Below are positions 25,580 to 37,414 of a stretch of DNA of 64,000 nt, one piece after another. Source of the stretch: Mobula hypostoma. Its lineage: Eukaryota. Location of the stretch: NCBI RefSeq assembly GCF_963921235.1, contig NC_086100.1:202246001-202310000 (forward strand), read 5' to 3'. The position numbers and the translations under genes were made by a program. The notes under the pieces were generated by a model that was not told where the DNA came from, searched no databases, and saw nothing but the letters and a program-made list of their open reading frames with translations. Every line of letters begins with the position of its first letter. Position 1 is the first letter of the stretch.

Positions 25580-27010
25580 AGGGTGAGTATCAGTGCATTA
25601 GGGATGCAGAATCAAAAAAGGTAGCAAATACAGTACTCAAAGTGTTATATCTCAATGAACAGAGTATAAGAAATAAGGTGGATGATCTTGTTGCACTTTT
25701 ACAGATTGTCGGGTATGATGTTGTGACCATCACTGAATCGTGGCTGAAGGATGGTTGTAGTTGGGAGCTGAATGTCCAAGGTTACACATTGTACCAGAGG
25801 GATAGGAAGGTGGGCAGAGGGGGTGGTGTGGCTCTGCTGGTAAAGAATGGCATCAAATCAGTAGAAAGATGTGACAGAGGACCAGAACATGTTGAATCCT
25901 TGTGGGTTGAGTTAAGAAACTTGCAAGAGTAAAAGGACCCTGACAGCAGTTATATACAGGCCTCCCAACAATGGCTGGGAGGTGGACCACAGATTATAAC
26001 AGGAAATAGAAAAGGCGAGTCAAACGGGCAATGTTATGGTGGGTCACGGGAAATTTTAACATGCAGGTCCATTGGGAAAATCACGTTGGAAATAGATCTT
26101 AAGAGAATGAATTTGTTTGATGCCTACGAGGTGGCTTTTTAGAGCAGTTTGTCACTGAGTCTATGAGGAGATCAGCTATACTGGATTGTGTGTTATGTAA
26201 CAAATGGGCAAGAGAGTGGCAAATGAAATACGATGTTGGTCAGGCACTTTAGTAGCAGAAATAAATGTGCAGACTAGGGAAATCCAAAAATGGGAGGTAC
26301 AAAGGGACTTGAGAGGTCTTGTGCAGAACACTCTAAAGGGTAGCTTGCAGGTGAAGTCGGCGGCAGGAAGGCAAATGCAATGTTAGCAGTCATTTCCAGA
26401 GGTCTCGAATACAAGAGCAAGGATGTGATGTTGAGGCTTTGTCAGACACTGGTGAGGCCTCACCTTGAGTATTGTGAACAGTTTTGGGCCCCTCATCTTA
26501 GAAAAGATGTGCTGGCATTGAGAGGGTTCAGAGGAGGTTCACAAGGATGATTCCGGGAATGAAAGGGTTATCATGTGAGGAATGTTTGATAGCTCTGAGT
26601 CTGTACTCGCTTGAATTTAAAAGGATAAGGGGGGATCTCATTGAAACCTTTCGAATGTTGAAAGGCCTAGACAGAGTAGACGTGGAAAGGATGTTTCCCA
26701 TGGTGAGAGAGTCCAGGACAAGAGGGCACAGCCTCAGGATAGAGGAGTGTCCATTTAAAACAGATGTGGAGAAATTTTTTAGCGAGAGGGTGGTGAATTT
26801 GTGGAATTTATTACCACAAGAACTGTGGAGGCCAGGTGGTTGGGTGTATTTGAGGCAGAGATTGATAGGTTTTTGATTGGACATGGCATCAAAGGTTACG
26901 GGGAGAAGGCCAGTCAGTGTGGTTGAGGAGGAGAAAAAAGGATCAGCCATGATTGAACGGCGGAGCAGACTCAATGGGCCAAATGACCTAATACTACTCC
27001 TGTCTTATGG
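25580..27010 (+). mobile_element. Internally deleted CR1 (endonuclease joined to RT C-terminus and 3'UTR)
   Basis: LYLN..SIRNK..ITESWL..GGGVALLVK, then from about 26200 the RT end (RGDLIETFRMLKG). Confidence 0.88.
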
Positions 27011-27405
27011 TAACCTCTCACCCTACCCCTCACCACACCAGTAATCCCCCTCCCTGTCCCCTCACCCTGCCAGTAATCCCCCTCCATCCCGTTCCCTCAC
27101 CCTGCCAGTAATCACTCGCCATCTCCTGATCCCGCTAGTAATCCCCCTCCCTGTCCCCTGACCCCTCACACCGTCAGTAATCCCCCTCCTTGTCCTCTCA
27201 CCATGCCAGTAAACCCCCCCATCCCCTGTTCCCTCACCATGCCAGTAATCGCTCTCCCTGTCTCCTGATCCCACTAGTAATCCCCCTCCCTGTCCCGACC
27301 CCTCACTCAGCCAGTAATCCTCACACCGTCAGCAATCCCCCTCCCTGACCCCTCACCCAGCCAGTAATCCCCCCTCCCTGACCCCTCACCCCTCACCCAG
27401 CCAGC
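27010..27405. repeat. Degenerate minisatellite (CCAGTAATCCCCCTCCCTG...)
   Basis: About 11 ccagtaatcc-anchored units next to the exon 7 donor. Confidence 0.8.
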
Positions 27406-27415
27406 AACCTCTGAC

Positions 27416-27481
27416 CTCGGCATGGTCGGCTACAATATAGATTTCCATGAATTTCTCTGTGTCCCAGGAATCGCGCCGGAC
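27416..27481 (-). CDS. ADAM33: ADAM33-like exon 7 (furin site, start of metalloprotease domain)
   Basis: ccacag|...|gtcaga, 66 nt; VRRDSWDTEKFMEIYIVADHAE; spliced R-V-R-R furin motif. Confidence 0.93.
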
Positions 27482-28037
27482 CTGTGGGAGAGGAGACGGG
27501 AGGAGAGGGAGTGTCTCGTGGGTTAACACTGAATTCCTGAGGGACTGTTCTCCTGCCCTGCGAGGGGCCGGTCAGCCCGGTGTTGTGGGTTAACGGAAGA
27601 TCTGGGCCCCATGCAATTCAACTGCAGCCCCCACCCCCAAAACATCAGCAGGAGAGAGGCCACTCGGCCCATCGAGCCTGGACCCCATGGCAGTCCCATG
27701 TTGACAGAATGCTGGCAGCAGGAGGTGGTGGTCAGGCCCCCCAGACCTGCCCCACCATTCGACGGGGTGATGGTGAGTCTTCACAAGGCCTCGTTTGCAC
27801 CAGGCCCCACACCCCTCCACCTTAAACACTTCCAATGTGTGTCTCTCACCGATGGTCGGGGCACAAAGTTCCACAGATTCTATAGTGCCTGACAGAAGAA
27901 ATATCTATGTCCTTCGGCTTTACACGAACCAGTCCTCATTATGTCGTTATGATCCCTACCCCTGACTCTCCCAACATCTGAGCTGCCAAGCCGAACTCAT
28001 GGTCTGAGATGTGTGATTAGTGTCACCCCCCCCACTT

Positions 28038-28400
28038 CATAGTCATAGTCATACTTTATTGATCCCAGGGGAAATTGGTTTTCGTTGTAGTTGCACCATA
28101 AATAATTAAATAGTAATAGAACCATAAATAATTAAATAGTAATATGTAAATTATGCCAGGAAATAAGTCCAGGACCAGCCTATTGGCTCAGGGTGTCTGA
28201 CCCTCCAAGGGAGGAGTTGTAAAGTTTGATGGCCACAGGCAGGAGTGACTTCCTATGATGCTCTATGTTGCATCTCGGTGGAATGAGTCTCTGGCTGAAT
28301 GTACTCCTGTGCCCACCCAGTACATTATGTAGTGGATGGGAGACATTGTCCAAGATGGCATGCAACTTAGACAGTATCCTCTTTTCAGACACCACCCGTC
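28038..28400 (-). mobile_element. Rex1/L2-type LINE 3' end
   Basis: (CATAGT)3 tail at 28038; KLHAILDNVSHPLH...SLLPVAIKLYN. Confidence 0.75.
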
Positions 28401-29019
28401 AGAGAGCTCCAGCATGCCCAAACTATTCAGTCTGTCCTGATCACACAACCCACAGATCCCAGGATCAGCCTGGTTAATCTCCTCTCAGCTCCCTCTAGCA
28501 TTGCTCTGCCGTTGTTAGGTAAGAAAAGCAGAGATGTGCACAGAACCCCAGAGTGGCCTCACCAGCTCCCTGTGCAGCAGGAACAAAACCTCCTGCTGTT
28601 GAACTGCAGCTCAGTTGCGGTGAAGATCAAAGTGTCATTTCCTGTCATACCCATTCAGAACACAAAACTCAAAACAATACCGCAGAGCAATAGATTCTAT
28701 GGCCCACAATGTCACGAGCCTGTTGTCACGAGCAGCGGTGGAGGCCAAGTCATTGGGAATATTTAAGGCAGAGATAGATATGTTCTTGATTAGCCAGGGC
28801 ATCAAAGGGTATGGGGTGAAAGCAGGGGAGTGGGGATGACTGGAAGAATTGGATCAGCCCATGATTGAATGGTGGAGCAGACTCGATGGGCCAAATGGCC
28901 TACTTCTGCTCTTATAGCTTATGGTTTTATGGTCTGTGCTGAACAAAATGCCAAATTAAAGTATATCCCTTCTCACTGCAAATGTCCACATCCCCCATTC
29001 CCTACTGTTCATGTGGCTG

Positions 29020-30895
29020 TCAAATAGCTTCCAATACCACCATCAAACCAGATTCCAACAGCACCATCAAACCAGCTTCCAACACCACCATCAAACCAGC
29101 TTCCAACACCACCATCAAACCAGATTCCAACACCACCATCAAACCAGCTCCCAACACCACTATCAAATCAGCTTCCAACACCACTATCAAATCAGCTTCC
29201 AACACCACTGTCAAACAGCTTCCAACACCACCATCAAACCAGCTTCCAACACCACCATCAAACCAGCTTCCAATACCACCATCAAACCAGCTTCCAACAC
29301 CACCATCAAACCAGATTCCAACACCACCATCAAACCAGCTCCCAACACCACTATCAAATCAGCTTCCAACACCACTGTCAAACAGCTTCCAACACCACCA
29401 TCAAACCAGATTCCAACACCACCATCAAACCAGATTCCAACACCACCATCAAACCAGCTCCCAACACCACTATCAAATCAGCTTCCAACACCACTGTCAA
29501 ACAGCTTCCAACACCACCATCAAACCAGCTTCCAACACCACCATCAAACCAGCTTCCAATACCACCATTAAACCAGCTCCCAACACCACTGTCAAACAGC
29601 TTCCAACACCACCATCAAACCAGCTTCCAACACCACCATCAAACCAGCTTCCAACACCACCATCAAACCAGCTTCCAACACCACCATTAAACCAGCTCCC
29701 AACACCACTGTCAAATCAGTTTCCAACACCACCATCAAACCAGATTCCAAAACTCCTATCAAACCAGCTCCCAACACCACTGTCAAATCAGTTTCTAACA
29801 CCACTATCAAACCAGTTTCGAACACCACTATCAAACTAGTTTTTTTAGATTTAGATTATGAGGACATGCAGTCCCCTTTTATTGTCATTTAGTAATGCAT
29901 GCATTAAGAAATGATACAATGTTTTTTCCAGAATGATATCACGAAAACACATGACAAACCAACTTAAAAACTAACAAAAACCACATAATTATAACATATA
30001 GTTACAACAGTGCAAAACAATACTGTAATTTGATAAGAACAGACCATGGCACAGTAAAAGTCTCAAAGTCTCTCGGAAGTTCCATCATCTCACGCAGACG
30101 GTAAACCTCCAGCGCCGCCAACTTGCCGATGTAGCATCCCGGAACCATCCGACCACAGTCCGACTCCGAGCCTCCGACCAGCTCTCCGACACTGAGCACC
30201 GAGCACCATCTCTGCCGAGCGCTTCGACCCCGGGCCTGGCAACAGGCAACAGGCAAAGCCGAGGATTTGGGGCCTTCCCCTCCGGAGATTCTCAATCGCA
30301 CAGTAGCAGCGGCAGTGAAGCGGGCATTTCAGAATTTTCTCCAGATGTTCCTCCGCGCTTCTCACGGCTGTCTCCATCAAATCCGGGATGTGCACAGCAT
30401 CCTACTTCACAAATACGATATTCATTCGGAACGGCCGCGCGTGCTGCGTTGCGCCGCCATCTTCTCCTCCCTCCCAACACCACTATCAAACCAGCATCCA
30501 ACACCACCATCAAACCAGCTTCCAACACCACTATCAAACCAGTTTCCAACAGCACTATCAAACCAGTTTCCAACACCACTATCAAACCAGTTTCCAACAG
30601 CACCATCAAACCAGTTTCCAACACCACCATCAAACCAGTTTCCAACACCACCATCAAACCAGTTTCCAACACCACCATCAAACCAGTTTCCAACACCACC
30701 ATCAAACCAGCTTCCAACACCACCATCAAACCAGTTTCCAACACCACCGTCAAACCAGTTTCCAACACCACCATCAAACCAGTTTCCAACACCACTATCA
30801 AACCAGTTTCCAACACCACCATCAAACCAGCATCCAACACCACCATCAAACCAGCTTCCAACACCACTATCAAATCAGTTTCCAACAGCACACCG
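29020..30895. repeat. 24-bp minisatellite (CCAACACCACCATCAAACCAGCTT), split by an insertion at about 29840-30471
   Basis: Direct tandem copies; explains the SNTTIKPA/QHHHQTSF/NQLPTPPS ORFs. Confidence 0.95.
29840..30471 (-). mobile_element. About 630-bp non-coding retroposon (SINE or non-autonomous LINE derivative)
   Basis: Minus strand starts GGAGGAGAAGATGGCGGCG, has a CpG-rich body and ends AATAAAAG...ATAATCTAAATCTAAAAAAA; minisatellite resumes on both sides. Confidence 0.7.
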
Positions 30896-30939
30896 AACAA
30901 CTTGTTCTGGGTACTCACCACACATGGTGTTAAAAACCT

Positions 30940-31695
30940 ACACTGTTGGATGTTCAGAATCCCTCTGAAGGGCCTGTACTATTCGGCACAATTCTATGTC
31001 CTAGATCACTATAAAAGGACTATACTGTATGGCACTCTTCAATGTTCTAGATCTCTGTGAAGGGCCTGTACTTCTCAGTACAGCTCTGTTCCAGATTCTA
31101 TGTGCTGCCTGTAATGATCAGCACTGTTCTAAGTTCCAAATCAATCTGAATGGCCTGTGATGTTTGGCACTGTTCTATGTTCTAGATCACTATGAATGGA
31201 CTGTACTGTTTGGCACTGTTCTGCGTCCTAGATCTCTATGAAAGGCCTATAGTATTTAGCACTGTTGTATGTTTTAGACCTGTATGAATAGTCTGTTCCG
31301 CACAATTCTATGTTCCAAATCTCTATGAGTGGTCTGTACTGTTCAGCACTTTTCTATGCTGTAGATCTTATGAAAGGCCCGTAATGATCAGCACTGTTCT
31401 ATATTCTAGATCAATCTGAAACACCTGTAATATTTGGCTCTGTTCTATGTTCTAGATCTCTACAAAGGGCCTTTACGTTTTGGCATTGTTCTATGTTCTA
31501 GATCCCTATAGAGGGCATTTCACTTTCAATACTGTTCTATGTTCTAGATGTCTTTGAATGGACTCTATCATTCATCACTGTTCTATGTTCTAGATCTGCA
31601 TGAAGTGCCTGTTCTATTCTGCACAGTTCCATGTTCCAGATCTCTATAAAAAGCTTGTACTATTTGGCAAGATTCTATGTTCTAGATCTTTAGGA
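30940..31695. repeat. Degenerate 46-bp tandem repeat
   Basis: Consensus approx. GAAGGGCCTGTACTGTTTGGCACTGTTCTATGTTCTAGATCTCTAT, about 16 copies. Confidence 0.85.
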
Positions 31696-32207
31696 ATAGT
31701 CAGGGGTTTGGCTGAGCAGAGGCAGACAGGGGCTGGTAGGAGTAAATTGGTCAGCAGGGAATTGGGGTCAAGGTTCAGCGGGTTGGCGGATTGAGGATTG
31801 GTGGGGGGGTGTCAGAAATAATAGGAAGTTGGGGTCAAGGTGACTGCAGGGCCAGGGTCTCTCAGGGACTCTGGGTTCCAAGGAACCAACGTGCGTTCAG
31901 GTTCTGGGCTGTGGGATAGGGTCATGGGGTCCTGTCAGGGACGGGCTCCGACAGGGTCGTGGTCAATGGTCTAGAGAATAGCTGAGAAGTCCATCACAGA
32001 TCAGGGGCCCAGGGGTGGTCAAGGATTCTTGGTCAGTGCTCTACTGGGGCCACCTGTTGTGGTTAGAAGAAGGGGGTCAGGGGTCAGTCCAGGGAGGTGG
32101 ATGGAGGTGGGAGGGCGGGGTGTACATAGGGGAAACTGCGGGCAGTGCGACAGAGTGGGAAGCTAGGCTCCGAGGGTCAGGTAGGGTAAGATGGCAGTGA
32201 ACCTCAC

Positions 32208-32382
32208 CCTGTGGAAGTGCTGCACCAGGCGTCCCATCAAGTCCCTGTCTGTCCACCGGTCGTCGCCCCGTCCACACCGGCCGTGGCCAACAGTCAGGCT
32301 CCCCATCCGGGTCACCCGATGCAGATTCTCTCCGATTGGTTGTAGGTAATAACCATTAGTGGTATCCATGGCAACAACCCCA
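32208..32382 (-). CDS. ADAM33: ADAM33-like exon 6 (prodomain, cysteine-switch-like GRCG)
   Basis: ccacag|...|gtgagg, 175 nt; GVVAMDTTNGYYLQPIGENLHRVTRMGSLTVGHGRCGRGDDRWTDRDLMGRLVQHFHR. Confidence 0.9.
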
Positions 32383-32624
32383 CTGTGGAGTACGACAACA
32401 ACAACAGTTACCCTAGAACTGACAAGGTTTATTGATCACCTCCACCAGCAGCTGGAGGGGATTCCAAAATCAGAGAACATAGGTTACATTGAAGGGCAAC
32501 AGGTTTTAAAAGAGGTACCTGAGAGGCAACTGTTTCCACCCAGACGGCAGTGGGAATGTGGAACGAGATGCCACAGGGTGTGGGTACAATCACAAATGTT
32601 ACAACACATTTCTACAAGTCCATG

Positions 32625-33960
32625 CTGACCCCCCGAGACACCCCCCACCGACTGCCACCCCGCCCAGTTATCACCCCCACCGACTGCCACCCCTACAGTT
32701 ATCACACCCACTGACTGACCCCCAGAGACACCCCCACAGTTATCACCCCCACCGACTGACCCTCCCCACAGTTATCACACCCACTGACTGACCCCCAGAG
32801 ACACTCCCCACTGACACCCCCATAGTTATCACCCCCACCGACTGCCACCCCCAAAGTTATCACCCCCCAATAACTGACTCCCCCCACAGTTATCACACCC
32901 CATCGACTGTCACCCCCCACAGTTATCACCCCCAATGACTGACTCCCCCCAGTTATCACACCCCAACTGTCACCCCCCACAGTTATCACCCTCACCGACT
33001 GCCACCCCCCCAGTTATCACCCACACCGACTGACCCCCAGAGACACTCCCCACCGACTGACACCCCCCACAGTTATCACCCCCACCAATTGCCACCCCAG
33101 AGACACACCCCACGGACTGACACCCCCCACAGTTATCACCCCCACCGACTGCCACCCCCAGAGTTATCACCCCCCAATAACTGACTCCCCCCACAGTTAT
33201 CACACCCCGACTGTCACCCCCCACAGTTATCACCTCCACCGACTGCCACCCCCAGAGTTATCACCCCCAATGACTGACTCCCCCCAGAGTTATCACACCC
33301 CACCAACTGTCACCCCCCACAGTTATCACCCTCACCGACTGCCACCCCCCCAGTTATCACCCACACTGACTGACCCCCAGAGACACTCCCCACCGACTGA
33401 CACCCCCCACAGTTATCACCCCCACCGACCGACACCCCAGAGACACACCCCACGGACTGACACCCCCCACAGTTATCACCCCCACTGACCGACCCCCCCA
33501 GTTATCACCCCCACCGACACCCACACCGACTGACACCCCCCACAGTTATCACCCCCACCGACTGACTCTCCCCACAGTTATCACCCCCACCGACTGACTC
33601 CTCCCACAGTTATCACCCCCACCAACCGACCCCCAGAGACACCCCCACCAACTGACTCCCCCCACAGTTATCACCCCCACTGACCGACTCCCCCCACAGT
33701 TATCACCCCCACCGACTGACCCCCAGAGACATTCCCCACTGACTGACTCCCCCCACAGTTATCAGCGCCACTGAATGACACCCCCCACAGTTATCACTCC
33801 CACCGACCGACACCCCAGAGACACACCCCACGGACTGACACCCCCCACAGTTATCACTCCCACCAATGTCTCCCAGAGACACCCTCACCGACTGACTCCC
33901 CCAGACAGCTCCCACAGTCACAACCAACACCCCCACTGATTGTCTCCCACTGTCACCCCT
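32625..33960. repeat. C-rich minisatellite (CAGTTATCACCCCCACCGACTGACACCCCCCA, about 30 bp)
   Basis: Dozens of cagttatcac-anchored units in intron 5. Confidence 0.92.
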
Positions 33961-34449
33961 ACAGTCACCACTTGCACCCACCCACTGACTGACAACCAGA
34001 CACCTCCACAATCACCAGCAGCCGCTCACTGACTGACTCCCACTGACACCCCCAGTCACTACGCACACTCAGCAACTGTCTCCCACCGACACCCACCCAC
34101 CGACTCCAATTGTCACCCCTAGCCTTTCCTTAACTTCCCAACAACCCACTCTGACACTCACACTCACCCTGACAGAGAAGCACACACCCCCTAATTCCCA
34201 CTCTCACCCCCACACTCACACCTCACACCCTCACCCTGAGAACCACACACCCCAATTGCCCCTGACACCCCCACACTCACACCTCACACCCACTCACCCT
34301 CACATACACCTGACTCCCTACAATACCAATCACCCTCTGACTCCCCTCGATCGATAATCGCAGATACACCCCTCACACCCAACCACCCCCCACCCATCCG
34401 GCACTCTCCCTGCCAGCCCCACACTGCCCTCCCCGCTGCGGCTTCTCAC

Positions 34450-34526
34450 CGGACACCGTAGCGCAGGCTGAGGGCAAGCCAGGAGTGCCGATGGCTACGG
34501 ACACGTCCATGGTACAGGCAGTGGTC
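34450..34526 (-). CDS. ADAM33: ADAM33-like exon 5 (prodomain)
   Basis: ctgcag|...|gtgaga, 77 nt; DHCLYHGRVRSHRHSWLALSLRYGV(R). Confidence 0.92.
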
Positions 34527-35054
34527 CTGCAGGGACAAGACAGACATCATCACCTCGCACCCCTGAGCGACCCACACACTCACAGCAGCACCGCACGGTG
34601 ACCCAATCGGCACCCTGGGGGGCCAAGATCTTCACCTTTGGTGCCCCCGGGTGATCCATCCCTCAGGCCGGATGATAAACCGTCACACCTGAGGGACCCG
34701 CTCCGCACCCGTGGGTGATCCAACCCTCAATGTGACCCAGCCTGTACCCACACCCCTGGGATAACCCACACCTCACTGACATCTCCCAGCCCCAGGATAA
34801 CCTACACCCCTCCCATTCCCCAGAGGCACGTGACATCTCCCCTCCCATTCACCCCACCCCGATGACCTCGCCTTCCCATCGAATAAACCCCTGGGGTGTC
34901 CCAGACCCCGATGACCTCTCCCTTCCCACTCCCCCGACACACACGACCTTTACCCATCCTCCCCCACCACCAAGAACGATCCTCACCCACTCCACCCACA
35001 CACGGGCTGAGCCATACCCACATCACCAACCCACTGAGGCTCCCATTCCCTCAC

Positions 35055-35133
35055 CGTGTGGTTTGGACTGATGGTCACGCGACTGCCATCCAGATGATAG
35101 TGTGTCTCCGTGTAACCGTGTGTGAGCAGCCTC
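35055..35133 (-). CDS. ADAM33: ADAM33-like exon 4 (prodomain)
   Basis: attccag|...|gtgagg, 79 nt; RLLTHGYTETHYHLDGSRVTISPNHT (cf. ADAM33 RLLAPGYIETHYGPDGQPVVLAPNHT). Not in the ORF track. Confidence 0.92.
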
Positions 35134-35430
35134 CTGGAATCACAACAGGAAGTCAGGCACAGATTTATTCAGGGGTAGGGATGGGGCTGGGGCAGCTGAC
35201 AGAGTCTCATTCAGGGACAGGAAGGAGTAGACATACTAAGGATCTGAATAATGGTTCTCCGGCTCTGACTGGTAGATTGAGCAATGGAGGCCTGACAACG
35301 CTGGCTTAGTGATAACTGTTGGAGTTCCCTCCTTCAGCTACATAATGAAGTCTAGAGTTCTTCCTACCGTTACACACTGAGGTCTGGAGTTCCTACCGCC
35401 ACCCAACTCAGTCATACACCCACCCCTATC

Positions 35431-36765
35431 CTACTCACCCTTTCCCTGTCTCATTGGAACATACCTATGCAGAACGCCATGCAAATAACTCCTGAACATT
35501 TGCCATATTTTTTCCACACATTTCCCTGAGAACATCTGTTTCCAATTTATGCTTCCAAGTTCCTGCCTGATAGCCTCATATTTCCCCTTATTCCAGTTAA
35601 ACACTTTCCTAACTTGTCTGTTCCTATCCCTCTCCAATGCTATGGTAAAGGAGATGGAATTGTGATCACTATCTCCAAAATTCTCTCCCACTGAGAGATC
35701 TGACACCTGACCAGGTTCATTTCCTAATACCAAATCAAGTACAGCCTCTCCTCTTGTAGGCTTATCTACATATTGTGTCAAGAAACCTTCCTGAACACAC
35801 CTAACAAACTCCAACACATCTAAACCCCTTGCTCTAAGGAGATGCCAATCAATATTTGGGAAATTAAAATCTCCCACCGTGACAACCCTGTTATTATTAC
35901 ACCTTTCCAGAATCTGTCCCCCTATCTGCTCCTCGATGTCCCTGTTACTACTGGGTGATCTATAAAAAACATTTAGTAGAGTAACTGACCCCTTCTTGTT
36001 TCCAACTTCCACCCACAGAGTCTCAGTAGACAACCCCTCCATGACTTTCTCCTTTTCTACAGCCGTGACACTATCTCTGATCAACAGTGCCTCGCCCCCA
36101 CCTCTTTTGCCTCCCTCCCTGTCCTTTCTGAAACATCTAAAGCCTGGCACTTGAAGTAACCATTCCTGCCCCTGAGCCATCTGAGTCTCTGTAATGGCCA
36201 CAACATCATATCTCCAAGTACTAATCCACACTCTCTCATCTGCTTTGTTCATGAAGCTTCTTGTATTAAAATAGACACATCTCAAACCATCAGTCTAAGC
36301 ACATCCCTTGTCTATCACCTGCCTATCCTCCCTCACACACTGTCTCCAAGCTTTCTCTATTTGTGAGCCAACTGCCCCTTCCTCCACCTCTTCAGTTCCC
36401 ACCAGCCCCAGCAATTCTAGTTTAAACTCTCCCCAATGGCCTTAGCAAACCTCCGAAGGATTTGATAAGGTGCCACATATGGGGCTGCTTAACAAGATAA
36501 AATCCCATGGCATTACAGGAAAGATACTGGCATGGATAGAGGAATGGCTGACTAGAAGGAGGCAGTGAGTGGGAATAAAGGGGGCTTTTTCTGCTTGGCT
36601 GCCAGTAAGTAGTGGTGTTGCACAGGGGTCAGTAATTAGGGACCGCTAATTTTCACATTGTTTGTCAGTGATTTGTATAATGGAATTGATAGCTTTGTGG
36701 CAAAGTTTCCAGATGATAGGAAGGTAGGTGGGGGGGGTAGGTAGTGCTGAGGAAGCAATGTAATT
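35431..36765. mobile_element. CR1 ORF2 endonuclease (-, 35431-36452) back-to-back with a CR1 RT fragment (+, about 36455-36765)
   Basis: 284-aa ORF RCVYFN..VAITET..GDFNFP..LDLVL..SDHN (APE); + fragment with DKVPH-type RT sequence. Confidence 0.9.
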
Positions 36766-37414
36766 GCAGCAGGAATTAAAACAAAGCCCAGGCTGTGGCT
36801 GTCTGACCAGGGCACAAGACCAGGGTGTGGGTGTCTGAAAGAGTCTGGGTGTTTGACCAGGACTGACATGGACACAGGCCCTGGGTGTCTGACCAGGCAC
36901 AAACCCAGAGTATAGGTGTCTGACCAGGACACGGGCCCAGGCTGTGGGTGTCTGACATCTAGCCAGAGCTGACTGCACACGGCTTCCAGCTGAGAGTCAC
37001 TCTGTCGTGTTTCAGTTCCTTGAACTGGTGGTTTCAACCACAAAGCTGTGCGATTAAAGCACTTTTACCACCAGTGAAAGAGTGTGCAGCCGTACAGAAC
37101 AGTCTGCAGGCCAGGAGCTGAGAGCAGGGAGCAGCGAGGAGGGGGATGGGGAGTGGGTACTGCAAAGCCGGGTCTCTGGTAGGAGAGGGCATGCCTGCTG
37201 GTCATTAACAACTCCTAGCATCCAGCACACACGATCAGCAAGGACTCTGATGTACAGGGTGACCAACCAGACACATGGAACAAAGGAGAGGAGGTCTCTC
37301 AAATGGAAGGACAGTTACTCCCAGAGGGAGATATGCAACTAGAGAGAGGTGAAAGCCAAGATCTCACAGCATTGAAGAACTCTGAGAACCCTCTGCACCA
37401 AAGGCTTGGTGCAC

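Noticed and set aside
28982..31060. His/Gln-, Pro- and Thr-rich ORFs
   Set aside because: All are translations of the 24-bp minisatellite within intron 6.
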